A stretch of 64,000 nucleotides of DNA from positions 73,160,001 to 73,224,000 of the forward strand of contig OX597821.1 in the NCBI GenBank assembly GCA_951406725.2, given 5' to 3'. The translations under genes were made by a program, and so were the position numbers. Below the pieces are notes generated by a model that worked only from the letters and a program-made list of their open reading frames with translations, made no database searches and had not been told where the DNA came from. Source of the stretch: Octopus vulgaris (lineage: Eukaryota). Of the stretch, positions 13,680-28,459 are shown in pieces; the first letter of the stretch is position 1, and each line of letters starts with the position of its first letter.

Positions 13680-13749
<70 letters not shown>

Positions 13750-13754
13750 GAGCT

Positions 13755-14112
13755 TGGTACTTATTTTATTGGTTTCTTTAGCCGCACCACTAAGTTACGG
13801 GAAACGTAACACACCAGAACTTGTTGTCAAGGGATAGTGGGGGACAAACAGACACACATACACATACACACACACACAAACACACACACACACACATACA
13901 CATACACACACCTATACATATATATGCACACAAACACACATGCACACACAGGTTATATATGATGGGCATTTTTTCACTTTCCGTCTACCGAATCTACTCA
14001 CAAGGCTTTGGTTGGCCCGAGGCTATTGTAGAAGACACTTGTTCAAAGTGCCACGCAGTGGGACTGAAACCAGAACTACGTGGTTGAGAAGCAAGCGTCT
14101 AACCACACAGCC
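13755..14112 (-). mobile_element. tRNA-derived CORE-type SINE (family C) with internal (GT)n
   Basis: Reverse complement of the copy at 44335-44495 (TGGCTGTGTGGT..GGTTCAGTCCCACTGCGTGGCAC.TTG..CAAGTGTCTTCTAC). Confidence 0.7.
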
Positions 14113-14838
14113 ATTCAGTGTAACATATTAATTAATGTTGCTTAATAATTATTCGTGTGCATACCTATCACCTTCTTCTTTCTCTCATCACTTATTAATT
14201 AGAGTAGCTAATTAAGCTAAAATACTAACGAGCTAAACTCTACGTGTTCTCAGCCTAATAAAAACTATCATTTTAACCTGCTTCAAATCAAATCCCAGAA
14301 CCCAGAACCTAAAATATATTGTGTCGAACGCAAACCATAAAACAGGATGAGCACGGCTGGAGAGTCTTTTTACCATAGAGCTGACATGGAATTTAACAAC
14401 AACAATAACTAAAATGACAAAAATATTCGCGTCAAACTAGTTTTGATTAATTTATTTAATTGTTAAATTAATAAAAGATATAATTAATTGATTGTTAATT
14501 TTCTTTGCTTTTTTTTTAATTATTTCTTTTAGGCGAAAATCATTTTGTCTGAAGAATCACAGAACTGAAAAAAGACGAAAACGAACACAAAAACCAACCA
14601 ATACCGAAACAAAAAATTCAACAAAAAACAAAACTACAAATCACATCAATAAAATAATAAAATTTTAAAAAAATAATTATGATATCATGAATATGAACTT
14701 CTTTTCCTTTCTTCCTTCGTTACTTTTCCATTACATTGTATTTACAGGGACTGATTGATTCGACGCCATTTTACGTTACGAAACATTCTACAATTTAGCC
14801 AAAATATGACGATAAAGCCACATCAAATATTGCACTAC

Positions 14839-14922
<84 letters not shown>

Positions 14923-15316
14923 GGCCACAATAGCTGAGAAAGTTTCTAAGATCCAGATGGAAACTCTAGCACCATAAGAGAAAAGAAAAATCGAAAAAGA
15001 AAAAGATGGTCATAAACATAGGTCGCCATACAAATCTACTTTCTACTTTCACTTTCTCTTTCAACCCCCCACCCCCACCTCTAACAGCCATGCTGGAATA
15101 CTTATAAACACACGTTGATTACTTTGATTCTAAGGAAAGTTTCCTTTCCCCCATTTTGTTTCCTGCTTTTTTTCTTCAATCGTAATTCAAAATTCTCCAG
15201 AATATATATTTTTGTAAATGCTCTTCAATTACAAGGCACACATACATAAAACATATATATATATATATACATTATATATGTGTGCGTGTGTGTGTCTGTG
15301 TGTGTATGTGTACGCG

Positions 15317-15370
<54 letters not shown>

Positions 15371-15790
15371 TCAAATACATAAGCAGCCAATCAGAAACGC
15401 ATTCGTATTTCTGTGTTAGAGACAGGCATACTTACATACACCACACCATTATATTTTGATATTCTTAATCCAAAAGAAGATCGACGTTTGCAAACAGTAT
15501 GTAATTGTATTTCAACAATACATGTCTACGACAACGCTAGCATACGTATAGACATATCGTATGCCCTGGCATACAAACTCATGCATGCATATTTAGGTAC
15601 ACACGCACACGCGCACGCACGCACACTCACATAAATGTGCTCATGCATTCAAACATGCGCACAAACAAACGCATAGATATTTAGAACGCAAACGCATATA
15701 TATGAAGGACTTGATTTGTGAAAAACATGAGTTTTAAGGTATAATCTCACTCTTTCTACAACTATTACGCTCTCTCTTTCTCTCTCTCTC

Positions 15791-15821
<31 letters not shown>

Positions 15822-15921
15822 AGCTACCTTACTTTGTCATATATGCATACACACACATATACATACATAAATGTATATACATACATACATACATACATAC
15901 ATACATACATACATACATACG

Positions 15922-15957
<36 letters not shown>

Positions 15958-16349
15958 TATATATAATTAATAACTTTTGAAAATGGAAAGATTCGATGGA
16001 TATAAATTAATTTATATTTGTTAACTAATTCTTAAATTAAAATGAAATAATAGATTAATAAAGGAATTTATACCCATTGAATTTCTCCATTTTCAAAATT
16101 ATTAATAATATTTGATAATATTGTTATAATATTTGATGCTTTATAATATATTTATTGAAGAAATATATCTTCAAAATATAATATATTTAACCAGAGTATC
16201 TTGGATAAATCTATTCCTATAAGAAGTTTAAATACCCTCATAGTGAATATATATACATACATACATATACACACAGAGTATGTATCATATATACATGTAT
16301 ACATACATATATATACATATATATAAACATATATATATGCATGTATATA

Positions 16350-16412
<63 letters not shown>

Positions 16413-16530
16413 ATATGAAACATACTAAGTGTGTATGTATGTATGTGTATATATATATATACATATATACATATATATACTCTCCTCTCCCTCTCTCTCT
16501 CTCTTATATATATATATATATATATATATA

Positions 16531-16832
<302 letters not shown>

Positions 16833-16844
16833 TGTCTGTGTGTG

Positions 16845-17130
16845 TGAGTTCGAATCCCGGACCGGGCTGCGTTTTGTGTTCTTGAGCAAGACACTTTATT
16901 TCAGGTTGATCCAGTTCACTCAGCTGTAGAAATGAGTTGCCACGTCACTGGTGCCAAGCTGTATCGGCCCCTTTGCCTATCCCTTGGATAACATCGGTGT
17001 CGTGGAGAGGGGAGGCCGGTATGCATGGGCCACTGCTGGCCTTCCTTAAAACAACCTTGCCCGGACTTGTGCCTGGGAGGATAACTTTCTAGGTGCAATC
17101 TCCTGGTCATTCGTGACCGAAGGGGGTCTC
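16845..17130 (+). mobile_element. 5'-truncated tRNA-derived SINE
   Basis: GAGTTCGAATCCCGG B-box followed by TGTGTTCTTGAGCAAGACACTTTATTTC, shared with the family at 8425-8931. Confidence 0.6.
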
Positions 17131-17322
17131 TAAGATATCTACATTCCCATTATTTTTTCTTTATTCTCATTGAATTATAATTAATAAATTAGAACAATGA
17201 ATGGTACTACCTGGTGTCCTTTAACACACTGTTAAAGTAATATGCATATTATTAGCGGCGGTGCCCCAGCATGACCGCAGCTTTCAAGTTGAAACTAGTT
17301 AAAAAGATTAAAAAAATTACAG

Positions 17323-17354
<32 letters not shown>

Positions 17355-17692
17355 ATGTGTGTATGTGTGTATGTATGGGTGTATGTATGTATGTGCATGT
17401 ATGTATGCGCATACAAAGACAGAGTCGCTCTCACTCACCCACAGCCAAGCTTTTGTGATATGGATGTCTGAATGTGGGTTCATTTATGTAAATCACAGTG
17501 TACAGAAAAGAAAGAACGACGAAGAAGAAAGGAGAAGATAAACAGACTGAAAGACACAAATAACGACTCACTAAACTTATATATCCTTGGTGTAATCGAA
17601 GGAAATAAAGACATATTTATTCTTTGCCTCATATATTTACTTGTCTGTCATCAATAACTTTTTTAACTTTTTGCATATTATACATATATATA

Positions 17693-18930
17693 TTGTCCGG
17701 AAAGTTTGTGCCGATGTTTAACGGAAAGAAAAAGGTTAATAAATACTTGCCATTACATTTTTAATCAACCAAATATGAACTATTTTGTTGCGCAATGCGT
17801 CTCCATCTTTCCTTTAACTTGAAAATACCCTCTTCCCAGAATTGAGGTGGTTTCATGGCAAAGAATTCATCAAGGTATCTTTTTACGTCATCCAAGGAAT
17901 TTAAATTTTTACCATTAAGACTATTCTGCTGAGACCTGAATTAGTGGAAATCCGAAGGTGCAATATCTGGTGAATATGGAGGGTGGGGTAACACATCCCA
18001 GCCGAGCTGCAGCAATTTTTGTCTGGATTCCAAAGAAAAGTGCGGTCTTGCATTATCATGTTGGAAAACAACACTCTTCCTGTTGGCCAATTCTAGACGT
18101 TTCTCTTGAATTGCTGATTTTAACTCGTCCAGTTGTGTGCAGCATTTCTCAGAATTAATTGTCTGGTTACTTGGGAGAAGCTCATAGTACTGAATTCCTT
18201 TCCAATCCCACCAGACACAAAGCAAAACTTTTTCAGGGTGAAGACTCGCTTTTAGGGTGGCTAAGGGTGGCTCATATCGCTTACTCCAGGATCGCTTTCT
18301 TTGAACATTTCGGTAGAAAATCTATTTCTCATCACTTGTCACAATTTGCTTTAATAAAGGCGCGTTTTCATTCCGTTTATAAAGCAAATCACAGATGGAA
18401 ATGCGATCCAAAAGGTTCTTCTCACTCAACTCATGTGGTACCGAAACATCGTTGCGATTTGTGTACCCAAGCTTTACCAGATGCTCATGAACGACGGATT
18501 TTGATAGGTTGAGGCTTTCTGCCAACTCTCGGGTTGTGGAATGTGGGTTATTCTCAATTGATGACTTGATTTGGTCATCATCTGCAGTAGATTGTCTGCC
18601 TGATCGCTCTTTATCAATAAGGCTACAATCTCCAGCTCGGAACCTTGCGAACCACTTCCGTACAGTTCTTTCGAATAAAGAAACATCACCGTAAACTGCG
18701 CATATTTCTTTGGTTGCTTGGGAGGCATTTTTCCCTTTACGGAAAAAAAAAAGCATCAAGTACCGAAAATGAACTGTCTTATCTTCTATTTTAAAGGGTT
18801 ACAGAATTTACACAGCTTAAACAATGCTCTAAATGGAGGTGTAGTCAAATCCTATTTTATGGACTCAACCATGTTCTAAAATAAGTCGAAAGGTACGTTA
18901 CTATAAATCGGCACAAACTTTCCGGACAAA

Positions 18931-18934
<4 letters not shown>
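17693..18934 (-). mobile_element. Full-length decayed mariner (DD34D) transposon
   Basis: TIRs TTGTCCGGAAAGTTTGTGCCGAT / ATCGGCACAAACTTTCCGGACAA in TA context. Frameshifted transposase with HTH, (W)VPHEL, TSDEK, HDNARPH and YSPDIAPSDFH motifs. Confidence 0.93.
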
Positions 18935-18971
<37 letters not shown>

Positions 18972-19003
18972 TTTATTTTAAGCAGCAGAAAATTCAACAA
19001 AAT

Positions 19004-19043
19004 CTGTTACTCTGAGTTTCTCGTTGCGTCGTTCATCAGACAG
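19004..19043 (-). ncRNA. Minimal type I hammerhead ribozyme (left arm)
   Basis: Minus strand CTGT-CTGATGA-acgacgcaacga-GAAA-CTCAGAG-TA-ACAG. Confidence 0.8.
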
Positions 19044-19850
19044 TTTTTGCTAGAATGGAACATATATATTAATTCAATCTATACTCTTACAAACGCTACA
19101 TCTTTAAAAAGAAATGGACTTGTTTGATTGGCCTTTAGAAAAAACGGTCAATCTTCGAGCGATAAACAAAAGGTCAAAAATATATGTATATATATATAAA
19201 AAAACTTATAAAAATTATAAAATCCGAGGAAAAAACCGAGGAAAAAACCTATTGCCGTTAATGAAGACAGTACAAATTAATGCATAGAAATTAAACCTGT
19301 TATAAATACTGCAATACATATTTATATTAAAATCCACATATATATATCAACATACACAAAAGGATGCGCGTAAACGCCATACATACATATACAGACGTAT
19401 GAATATGAATCTAAATTATACACATAAAAGCATGTGTACATGCGTGAATATATGTACACATGCTTTTATGTGTATAATTTAGATTCATATTCATACGTCT
19501 GTATATGTATGTATGGCGTTTACGCGCATCCTTTTGTGTATGTTGATATATATATGTGGATTTTAATATAAATATGTATTGCAGTATTTATAACAGGTTT
19601 AATTTCTATGCATTAATTTGTACTGTCTTCATTAACGGCAATAGGTTTTTTCCTCGGTTTTTTCCTCGGATTTTATAATTTTTATAAGTTTTTTTATATA
19701 TATATACATATATTTTTGACCTTTTGTTTATCGCTCGAAGATTGACCGTTTTTTCTAAAGGGCCAATCAAACAAGTCCATTTCTTTTTAAAGATGTAGCG
19801 TTTGTAAGAGTATAGATTGAATTAATATATATGTTCCATTCTAGCAAAAA

Positions 19851-19888
19851 CTGTCTGATGAACGGCAACGAGAAACTCAGAGTAACAG
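19851..19888 (+). ncRNA. Minimal type I hammerhead ribozyme (right arm)
   Basis: CTGT-CTGATGA-aCGgcaaCGa-GAAA-CTCaGAG-TA-ACAG; stems I and III pair perfectly; GUA cleavage triplet. Confidence 0.85.
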
Positions 19889-19990
19889 ATTTTGTTGAAT
19901 TTTCTGCTGCTTAAAATAAAGCATATTACTCTACCACTGGTATTTGAGTACTCTTTTTTCCACCTTGTTTCACATTTATGTGTTTACTCC

Positions 19991-20412
<422 letters not shown>

Positions 20413-20528
20413 TATATATGAATATATCGAGAGCTAATATTTATCGCCACACAACAAAACAAAAGGACAACGCGAGGACGTGGTACATGTAAAGCATTAG
20501 CAGACGCTGAGGGAAGGAAAGAAAGATG

Positions 20529-20563
20529 GTTTAATGTTTCGGGCAAAGCTCTTCTTCAGAAAC
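20529..20563 (-). ncRNA. Minimal type I hammerhead ribozyme
   Basis: Minus strand GTTT-CTGAAGA-aGaGCtttGCcC-GAAA-CA-TT-AAAC; a related copy at 31370-31482 is truncated inside the motif. Confidence 0.65.
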
Positions 20564-20623
20564 AGGGGAAGTCCCATAGAAAAAGGAGATGGAGGGAAAA
20601 AGTCACCAACGATTTATATGTGG

Positions 20624-20663
<40 letters not shown>

Positions 20664-20666
20664 ATA

Positions 20667-20755
<89 letters not shown>

Positions 20756-21058
20756 CTAATTTAGAGACGAACCACCATTCCACAACTCATTCAATGAAGA
20801 ACCCGTCCAAAACCATGCTGTGAGACATATGCCATACTAAATAAGGATATACTCCCTTTTCGACGGAATGGGGATGTCCTTCAATGATGAGTCCCAGAGT
20901 AGTGGCTCTATCTTACCTGCAAGTTCCATAATAAACTAAAACTGAAGGTTAAAACTAAACAATATTCGTTAAAGTATTATATAATAATAATATTATTCAT
21001 CTCTAAATTAGTTATTTATTCTCTACATTGGTTCGTCTCTAAATTAATTATTCACATA

Positions 21059-21650
21059 TCTATATATATAAAACTTAACTTGTGTGTCTGTGTGTGTATC
21101 TGTGTGTGTATCTGTGTGTGTGTCTGTGTGTTTAACTTCCCGGCACATCTAGCCAACAAAGCGTAGAACCACCAAAAATGGGTCACTTAAAGTTTAGGCG
21201 AATGAAAATTGAACTGCGCTATTTCTGTTCCGAGATTCATCTCGCAAGTGCAAAAATCGATAATGTGTTTGTTTAGGCCTTATCCCATGCATTGAATTGG
21301 GAGCTTTACTCAGTCAGCTGTTTGACGTGAACTGTGTTCACCACGCGTGCAAACATGCGTAAACTGCATGAAAAATAAAAAATCAAGATATAAAAACGAA
21401 TCGCCGTAAACATTGTAGAAATTCGGCAAAGAAATGAATTTTCGGGATGTAGCCTGGAGGGGCTTTCGTTTTAATCGTTTGGTCTTTGTGAACACACACC
21501 AATTGTTTTCATAATATTTTTATCGCTTTGAATTAAATGTGACCATTTTGCGTTGAGTCTGCAGTTTGAATCACTTTAACCAAATTTTAGCAGCCCAGAT
21601 TTTTTATTATCACGATACATCGCCAGCGACTCCTGAAATCCCCGTTGAGA
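21059..21650 (+). mobile_element. Probable 5' part of a non-autonomous Helitron
   Basis: Begins A|TCTATATATATAAAA followed by (GTGTCT)-like repeats, like the element at 27662; no clear 3' CTAG. Confidence 0.4.
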
Positions 21651-21775
21651 AATCTATTATATATATAATAATACTTTGAATGTGACTCCTGAGAAAGAGT
21701 AAAAGTAATTATCCGATGAACGACGGGTCTAATATTATTATACTGAATTTTACCTGAAAGGTTGGAATAATATTA

Positions 21776-21829
<54 letters not shown>

Positions 21830-22308
21830 TAAATGCATATATACATATGTACGTGTGTGTTATATTTATCTGTAGGGGAGAAGTGTTTATTATATCTCTT
21901 TATTATATCAAAAGTTTGCAGTCTACTTGGCGATTCGCCCTCGGCTGGGCTATTCAGACGTACAACGAATAACAACACCAACATTCTCTAACCCAGAAAC
22001 ACAACAAGGAAAGGAGACAATGGCATTTTGATGCGATTGGGATTTCTCACTCGAGAACAGGCAGAGGATAATTAAATAGATTCTAGTTCACCACTGAATA
22101 CATAGAACTGAATACATAGAAAGAGGAAGTCGAACCCAGAGAGGTGTTTAGTCAGAACAGGGAGAAACAAACAATTGTTGTAAAGATTTTTTGTCCAATA
22201 TTTTATTGCTTCTGCGAGTCTGTTGCCTTTAATTTGATGAAATAATAATGGTTTCTTATATTGCAACAAATAATGACAGTACGTTGTTGTTATTTAGCCC
22301 CAAATCTA

Positions 22309-23581
22309 CGAGGGACGTTCAATAAGTAATGTCCCTGACCCACTTGCAGTTGTTTGATCTAGCTGAAATTTTGCACGTGAAATTATTTATATCTCTATAG
22401 ATTAAGTGGTGAATTACAGCTCTGAACTAATTGCGGTTTCTGATGTACAGGTGTTTGAACTGAGTCAAGTGTGAAATGGAGCCTGTTGAGTGTCGAGCAG
22501 TGATCCGGTTTTTGTATTTGAAAGGATGCACACCACAGGGGACTTTTGACGAAATGAAAGTAACTTATGGTGATGATGCCCGTAAAACGCTGGCATCGTG
22601 AATTCAAATATGGTCGGAACTCTGTGGAAACAGCTCCCAGATCTGGTCACCCTCCTTCTGCCATTGATGAGGTATCTGTCCGTCAAGTTGAGGCTGCCAT
22701 TTTGGAAGATCGACGCATAACTATTTGCCAAATAGCCCATGAGGTCAAGATTAGTACCGGGTCTGTGGAAACTATCATTCATGACCATTTGCATATGCAA
22801 AAGGTGTCTGCCAGATGGATTCCCAGGTTGCTCACACCTTTCCAGAAGCAAGAACACGTCGAGTACTCGAGGATGAATTTGGAGATGTGCCAAGAAGATG
22901 AGTCAAAATTTTTCAAAAGACTGATTACACAGGATGAAACCTGGGTCCATCACTATGATCCAGAGACCAAATCTTAGTCAATGCAGTGGAAGCACCGTGA
23001 CTCACCTCTTCCAAAGAAGGCAAGGGTGCAGCCCTCCGCTGGCATGGTCATGCTCACAGTCTTCTGGGACCAGGACGAAGTAGTGATGACAGATTTCCTA
23101 GCAAAGGGTACCACAATTACAGGAGCCTATTATGCTTCACTTTTGAGGAAATTAAGAGAAGCTATCAAAATCAAGAGGCGGGCAAGATCAGCAAAGGCAT
23201 CCTCCTCCTGCCGGACAACGCTCCGTCCACAACTCGCGTGTCGCCAGATCAGAAGCACAGGCGTGCGGCTATGAACTCCTCCCCCCTACTCTCCTGACCT
23301 TGCACCCTCTGATTTTCACCTCTCTTCCCAGCCATGAAGTTGTTTTTGAAAGGAAAGCGTTTCCCAGATGATGCAGCCTTGATTTCTGAAGTCACGTCGT
23401 GGTTGGAGGACCAAGCTGGGGGTCTTCTACAAAAACGGTCTCCAGAGCTGCATCAAACGATGGGAGAAATGCGTAACTCTGGGTGGTTCCTATATAGAAA
23501 AAGACTAATAACTGTGCCAAGTTTCATTGCTCTACTACTATTGGAAGTGGGTCAGGGGCATTACTTATTGAACGCCCCTCG
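22309..23581 (+). mobile_element. Full-length decayed mariner (irritans/Hsmar2-like)
   Basis: TA-flanked TIRs CGAGGGACGTTCAATAAGTAATGTCCCTGACCCAC / GTGGGTCAGGGGCATTACTTATTGAACGCCCCTCG. Transposase about 22476-23508 with WIPRLL, TQDETWVHHYDPETK and YSPDLAPSDFH; stops and frameshifts present. Confidence 0.93.
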
Positions 23582-24444
23582 TACTTTGATCGAATAGATC
23601 TATAATGAAAAGCTTTCCAATCGTGACTGCCTCATCTTTTTCCTACGTGTGGTGCACGCAGGTAACATTACTCAATACATCTGTTGTTTTAGACGATAGG
23701 ATGTAATTAGAGGAATATTTGGTTACTGTTTCTAGCAATTCGTACGACATCATAGAGGCTCTCAGGAGCATTTTTTTAATTTTGCTGAGGTTTCTGTTTT
23801 TTTTTTTTTATATAAGACTTTTCTGTTTAAAGCGTTACCATCCATGTTTGGATCTGTGAAAGAAATGTAGCATCTAATAATAGACAGCCAATAATCGAAG
23901 ACCAGTTAATTCACAGCCGGTTCGTAGTGCAATTAAAACGTTTTAACATTAGGCGCGCATTCAATAGATTTCCATAGATTCGAGACATCAATGCAATTTC
24001 TAAATGATCTTCAGATCCACTAATTATCACAAATTATGAACATCAACTTGTTTAGTGATAAACAGGTTGGTATTGTTGTTGTTGCTCTCGTGTTTTGGTT
24101 TTAATACAAATTCACCGTAAGTGGGAACTCGGGTGGCAGAGTTAATAGGGTCAGGAAACCTGACAACCAATCAAATTGGACTAATGAAGGATCCTCTACG
24201 TGACCATTCAGTCTGCTAGAAACTGCAACCAAGTGCATCTCGCCTTCGCAGGAACGCATGCATTGGATAATGTAGCCATGTAGCCCCTGATGCACAGAGC
24301 CTGATATGTGGCAGAATGGCCACGACTGAAAAGCTCAACCGAGACCCGTCGGGGGTACAAAATAACCAATCAAGAGATCAGAGATTAACATCATCTTTAA
24401 TGTCACTTCCACGAGTCAGTTGTTATGACTCTTTACAGTTAAAG

Positions 24445-25075
24445 AACTCAGTTCATTGAAGGAGGAAAAGGACATAAGGCCAGGCCTTCAAATAAGATAT
24501 ACGAGACAGACGAAAGATGGAAGGGATGCTGGGAGCTGGCCACGGACCATAAAAACGACAACAAGACCGGACTTAATCCTATGGAACACAGAACGGAGAA
24601 CTGGAATTTTGCTAGAGCTGACAGAGCCATAGGAAGAGAACATCGCTAATTCAGAGCAACGGAAGGAGAAGAGGTACGAAAAATTAATCGAAAGAGTGCA
24701 GAGAACAGGGATGGACTTTCGAATATTACCACCTGGCAGTGGGGTCTAGAGGCTTCATTGAAAGGAAAATGACAACGTTATTCAAAAGAAGGTTTGCATT
24801 TTCGAACTCAGAGCTGAGAAAAGTAATAAGGAAGATACAGGAGGCAATCGACAAAGCCAGCTTCCATATATGGCTGAAACGGGAAGACCAAAAATGGCTT
24901 GAAAGCCATAACATGCCGACTGGGAAATGGCATCGCTAGGTGAGACTGGCTGACACTTAAGCAGCATCGCTAATTGACAGGTAGCGGTCTCGTTCATGGT
25001 GCCCCCCTCCTCCTGGTTCGAAGGCTTGTACCACCAAACAACTGGTCGGCTCTGGCTGCTCGAACTGAAACTAAC
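24445..25075 (+). mobile_element. 3' fragment of a HERO/NeSL-like RLE LINE
   Basis: RPDLILWN..ILLELTEP*EE..RKEKRY..AVGSRGF..AIDKASFHIWLKR, followed by a putative 3' UTR. Confidence 0.75.
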
Positions 25076-25082
25076 ACAACAC

Positions 25083-25486
25083 TGCTGGAATGCAGGTTTA
25101 GAGAAGGCGCGGGCTAAGATTACGCGCCCTTCCCCTCCATTGGCCAGTTGAAGTTTAGACAGTGTCACGTGACAAATAGCTGGTGCTGGCTGCTGGAGCC
25201 TACCAGCGAGTATTTAAAGGGAAATTTAGCAGGATGGTCAGTCACCCGCTGACAATGGTTGATGCTGCATCGAAGAAGCCAGGGAACAGAAGAAAGAAGA
25301 AATTCACTCAACACCAGAGCTGAAGACACCTCCGAAAGGAGGCGGGAACCACGTCGAAAATGGTGGAGAAGTAGAGGCCGAAACCGGACGTGGTTCCTCC
25401 TGACGATGTCTTTAGCTATAAAAGAGCTGTTGAGGTAGCCAACCACGAAACGTGGTTGGAATTCTTCGTTTTAAACGACATCAACA
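25083..25486. mobile_element. Probable solo LTR
   Basis: GC-richer 404-bp block with TGCTG..CAACA termini, flanks AACAC/GACAC (5-bp TSD, one mismatch), internal TATTTAAA and TATAAAA. Confidence 0.45.
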
Positions 25487-25994
25487 GACACTCCACAAAA
25501 TCAACGCAAACAGTTTAAAAGTTGTACTCTCTTGAACAACTCATTCGCATTAACCACCGATGTAAGCAACTTTCAGTAAATTTTACTTAGAAGCGAACCT
25601 TGGATATCTTTGTCTAAATAAAGGCGTTATCATTAAACAACATTACCGTATAATTACATGTGTTAAACTGACCACACAGTCAAGTAAACACGCCTTCCGA
25701 CATTTATTTCATGCGGCGGCCGTGGTAAATTGTCGGTTTGTTTTCTCACCAAAATTCAGTAAGAACATCCTGCAAGATTAATTAGATTTTGATTATGAAA
25801 AGCTTCGATCTGATTCGCTCAACAGAATTGGCCTAACATGCCCAGAGGTTCTGCTTTGCGGTCGGCTGTTAACAATCATTCGCTAACCTCTTTCTTGCAT
25901 TCATCCTTGCTGTCATTTCATTTCCCTTTGTCATACACTATGGACATAACTTCACACTTGTAAACAGCAAAAACGCCATTTTTTTCCATTTCAT

Positions 25995-26030
<36 letters not shown>

Positions 26031-26299
26031 TATTTATTTCGTTCTTTCTCTCTCTCTCTCTCTCTCACTCACTCTCTCTCTCTCTCTCTCTCTTCCTCTT
26101 TCTGTCTCTTATAGGCACTTAAATACACAACATAGATAACTGTTGTATATCAAAATTGTACACATGTATGTTTATCTAAAAATGAGGTTTTCTCCAACTC
26201 ACTTCAATATTACAGTTCTATATTTAAGAGATGTGGAATTATGTACATTATTTACATTATTCACATTTGACGATATTTGTCATCATCTTGTTTGTTGTT

Positions 26300-26366
<67 letters not shown>

Positions 26367-26413
26367 TCGAAAAATATCTTAGGAATGAGAACCCAAGTTC
26401 GAAATTTCTCCAA

Positions 26414-26459
26414 GACACCTGATGAAAGCTGGAGGGTATATCAGCCGAAACGTTGTGTT
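26414..26459 (+). ncRNA. Minimal type I hammerhead ribozyme
   Basis: GACAC-CTGATGA-aaGCTGGagggtataTCAGCc-GAAA-CG-TT-GTGTT; palindromic AACGTT stem III. Confidence 0.8.
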
Positions 26460-26768
26460 AGCAACAAACAGGATGAGGACAAATATCCGTCAAACATCAA
26501 TAATGTAAATAATGTCACTTCAATATCTTTCGAATTGTCATGTGATGAGTATAAATACGTAAATTTAAGAATTTCATTTATCCTTTTCCTCTTCTTTCAA
26601 CACAGTCTCCGCCTCTACATTATCGTCTCCGAATACATTTTAGTGAATTCAACAATTTATTTATACTTAGAATAAGTGATTCCCTGTCATTAGTTTCTCA
26701 CCATTATTTATCCCGTATTATACTCTAATCACACCTTTCAGCTTATTTAAATCTTTGTGCCGATCTAA

Positions 26769-26889
<121 letters not shown>

Positions 26890-27575
26890 GTAGGGGAGAC
26901 ACCATATTTGATTATCTTTAATACTTCAATAGAACCTATATCATTGAACATATAGATATATCTCAAAAACCTTTTGTAGCAATTTTTGGTCAGCTTCGTA
27001 CAAAATATTCCAATATGTTCAAGGGTTTCCTTATGATTCAAGGCGCTGAAGAATTCTCTCCAAGTCGATGGCCAAAGCAAGATTTCATTTTCACGGGTAA
27101 CAAGACAAGTACTCACGCATGCAATTCTCTTCCCTATCTCTCTCTCTTCCCCCAATCTCCCCCTCCCCCCTCTCTCTCTCTCTCTCTCTGACACCAATGT
27201 CTTCCTTGGAAAAGTCAAGAACCGATCCAGCTTGGCATTAATGCCTTTAAATGGCATTCCGTCAGAACGCAAACAACTCGCGAAATCGCCGTTTTTGATA
27301 TGTATTTTGTGTAGAGATTTCGAAAGCACCAAAGATAAGATTCTTCTCGACAGGATTTCAACGCAGATCACAGAGCCCCAAACACATGTAGTGATGTATT
27401 CTCTCCGATGCTCTACCGACTCTGTTAATCTGCCGCTCTACTATGGCTTCAATGCACAGATATAAATGAGTATAGCTTCATGTCTTTATATATGCAGATA
27501 TGTGTCCTTATGTGTGTGTACGCATGTATACATATGTCTATGCATATATGTGTATATGTGTGTATATATATATTA

Positions 27576-27629
<54 letters not shown>

Positions 27630-27661
27630 ATACACACACACACATATACACACATATACAA

Positions 27662-28053
27662 TCTATATATATAAAGCTGAAGTTGTCTGTGTATGGCAGG
27701 TTTGGTAGCCTTCAACTAACATTATCTCCTCCGAGACCCTGCGGCGCAAGTTGACCAAAATAAAGAGTATGATAGAAGAAGGCTTGCTCTTCATTCCGTA
27801 CAAGATAAAATTCAAATCGGACCATGGTAACACCAAAAATTATTTACATCAAAAAGGTGCTTATTTTCTATGAAAATCCCTATTTTTTTTACGATTTTTT
27901 GACTGCTGTGTCGCCATTTTTCGGTGTATTTCAACCAGAAAAATGTTCACTTAAACAGAATAAAAAGCTACATAATGCGAAAGTTTTACTTTTCAAAAAT
28001 TTCAATTCTAAAGGGTCGAAATAAACCCGAGCAACGCCGGGCGATACAGCTAG
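27662..28053 (+). mobile_element. Complete non-autonomous Helitron
   Basis: A|TC 5' end, 3' hairpin CCCGagcaacgcCGGG followed by CTAG|T; no TSD. Confidence 0.8.
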
Positions 28054-28065
28054 TTATAGTAAAGA

Positions 28066-28255
28066 GCATAGAAAATGTCTTGCTTATATGCTGAAAAGGA
28101 GACGCTAAATCGTCCAAGCACAATAAATATCACTATTATTATTTCTGTTAGCACGCTCCCTCGAATTTCGACACGTGTGTAATAAGAATAGTGAAGATAT
28201 TTAATGTGGTCGGACTATTTGGCGTCTCCTTTTCAGAGAGATTTTTTTCTATGCC
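28066..28255. repeat. Diverged hairpin/inverted repeat
   Basis: GCATAGAAAA..CTGAAAAGGAGACGC.AAAT.GTCC..CAC..TAAATATC..CACTATT vs its reverse complement at 28187-28255. Confidence 0.65.
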
Positions 28256-28426
28256 CTGAATTATAATTGTATTTATGATTTCACCTTAATAGGTCCATAT
28301 TTTTATATGCTGGCCACTGATAAAATTTTTAACAATTTTATCCTAATATACATATACATACATACATACATACATACATACATACATACATACATACATA
28401 CATACATACATACATACATACATACA

Positions 28427-28459
<33 letters not shown>

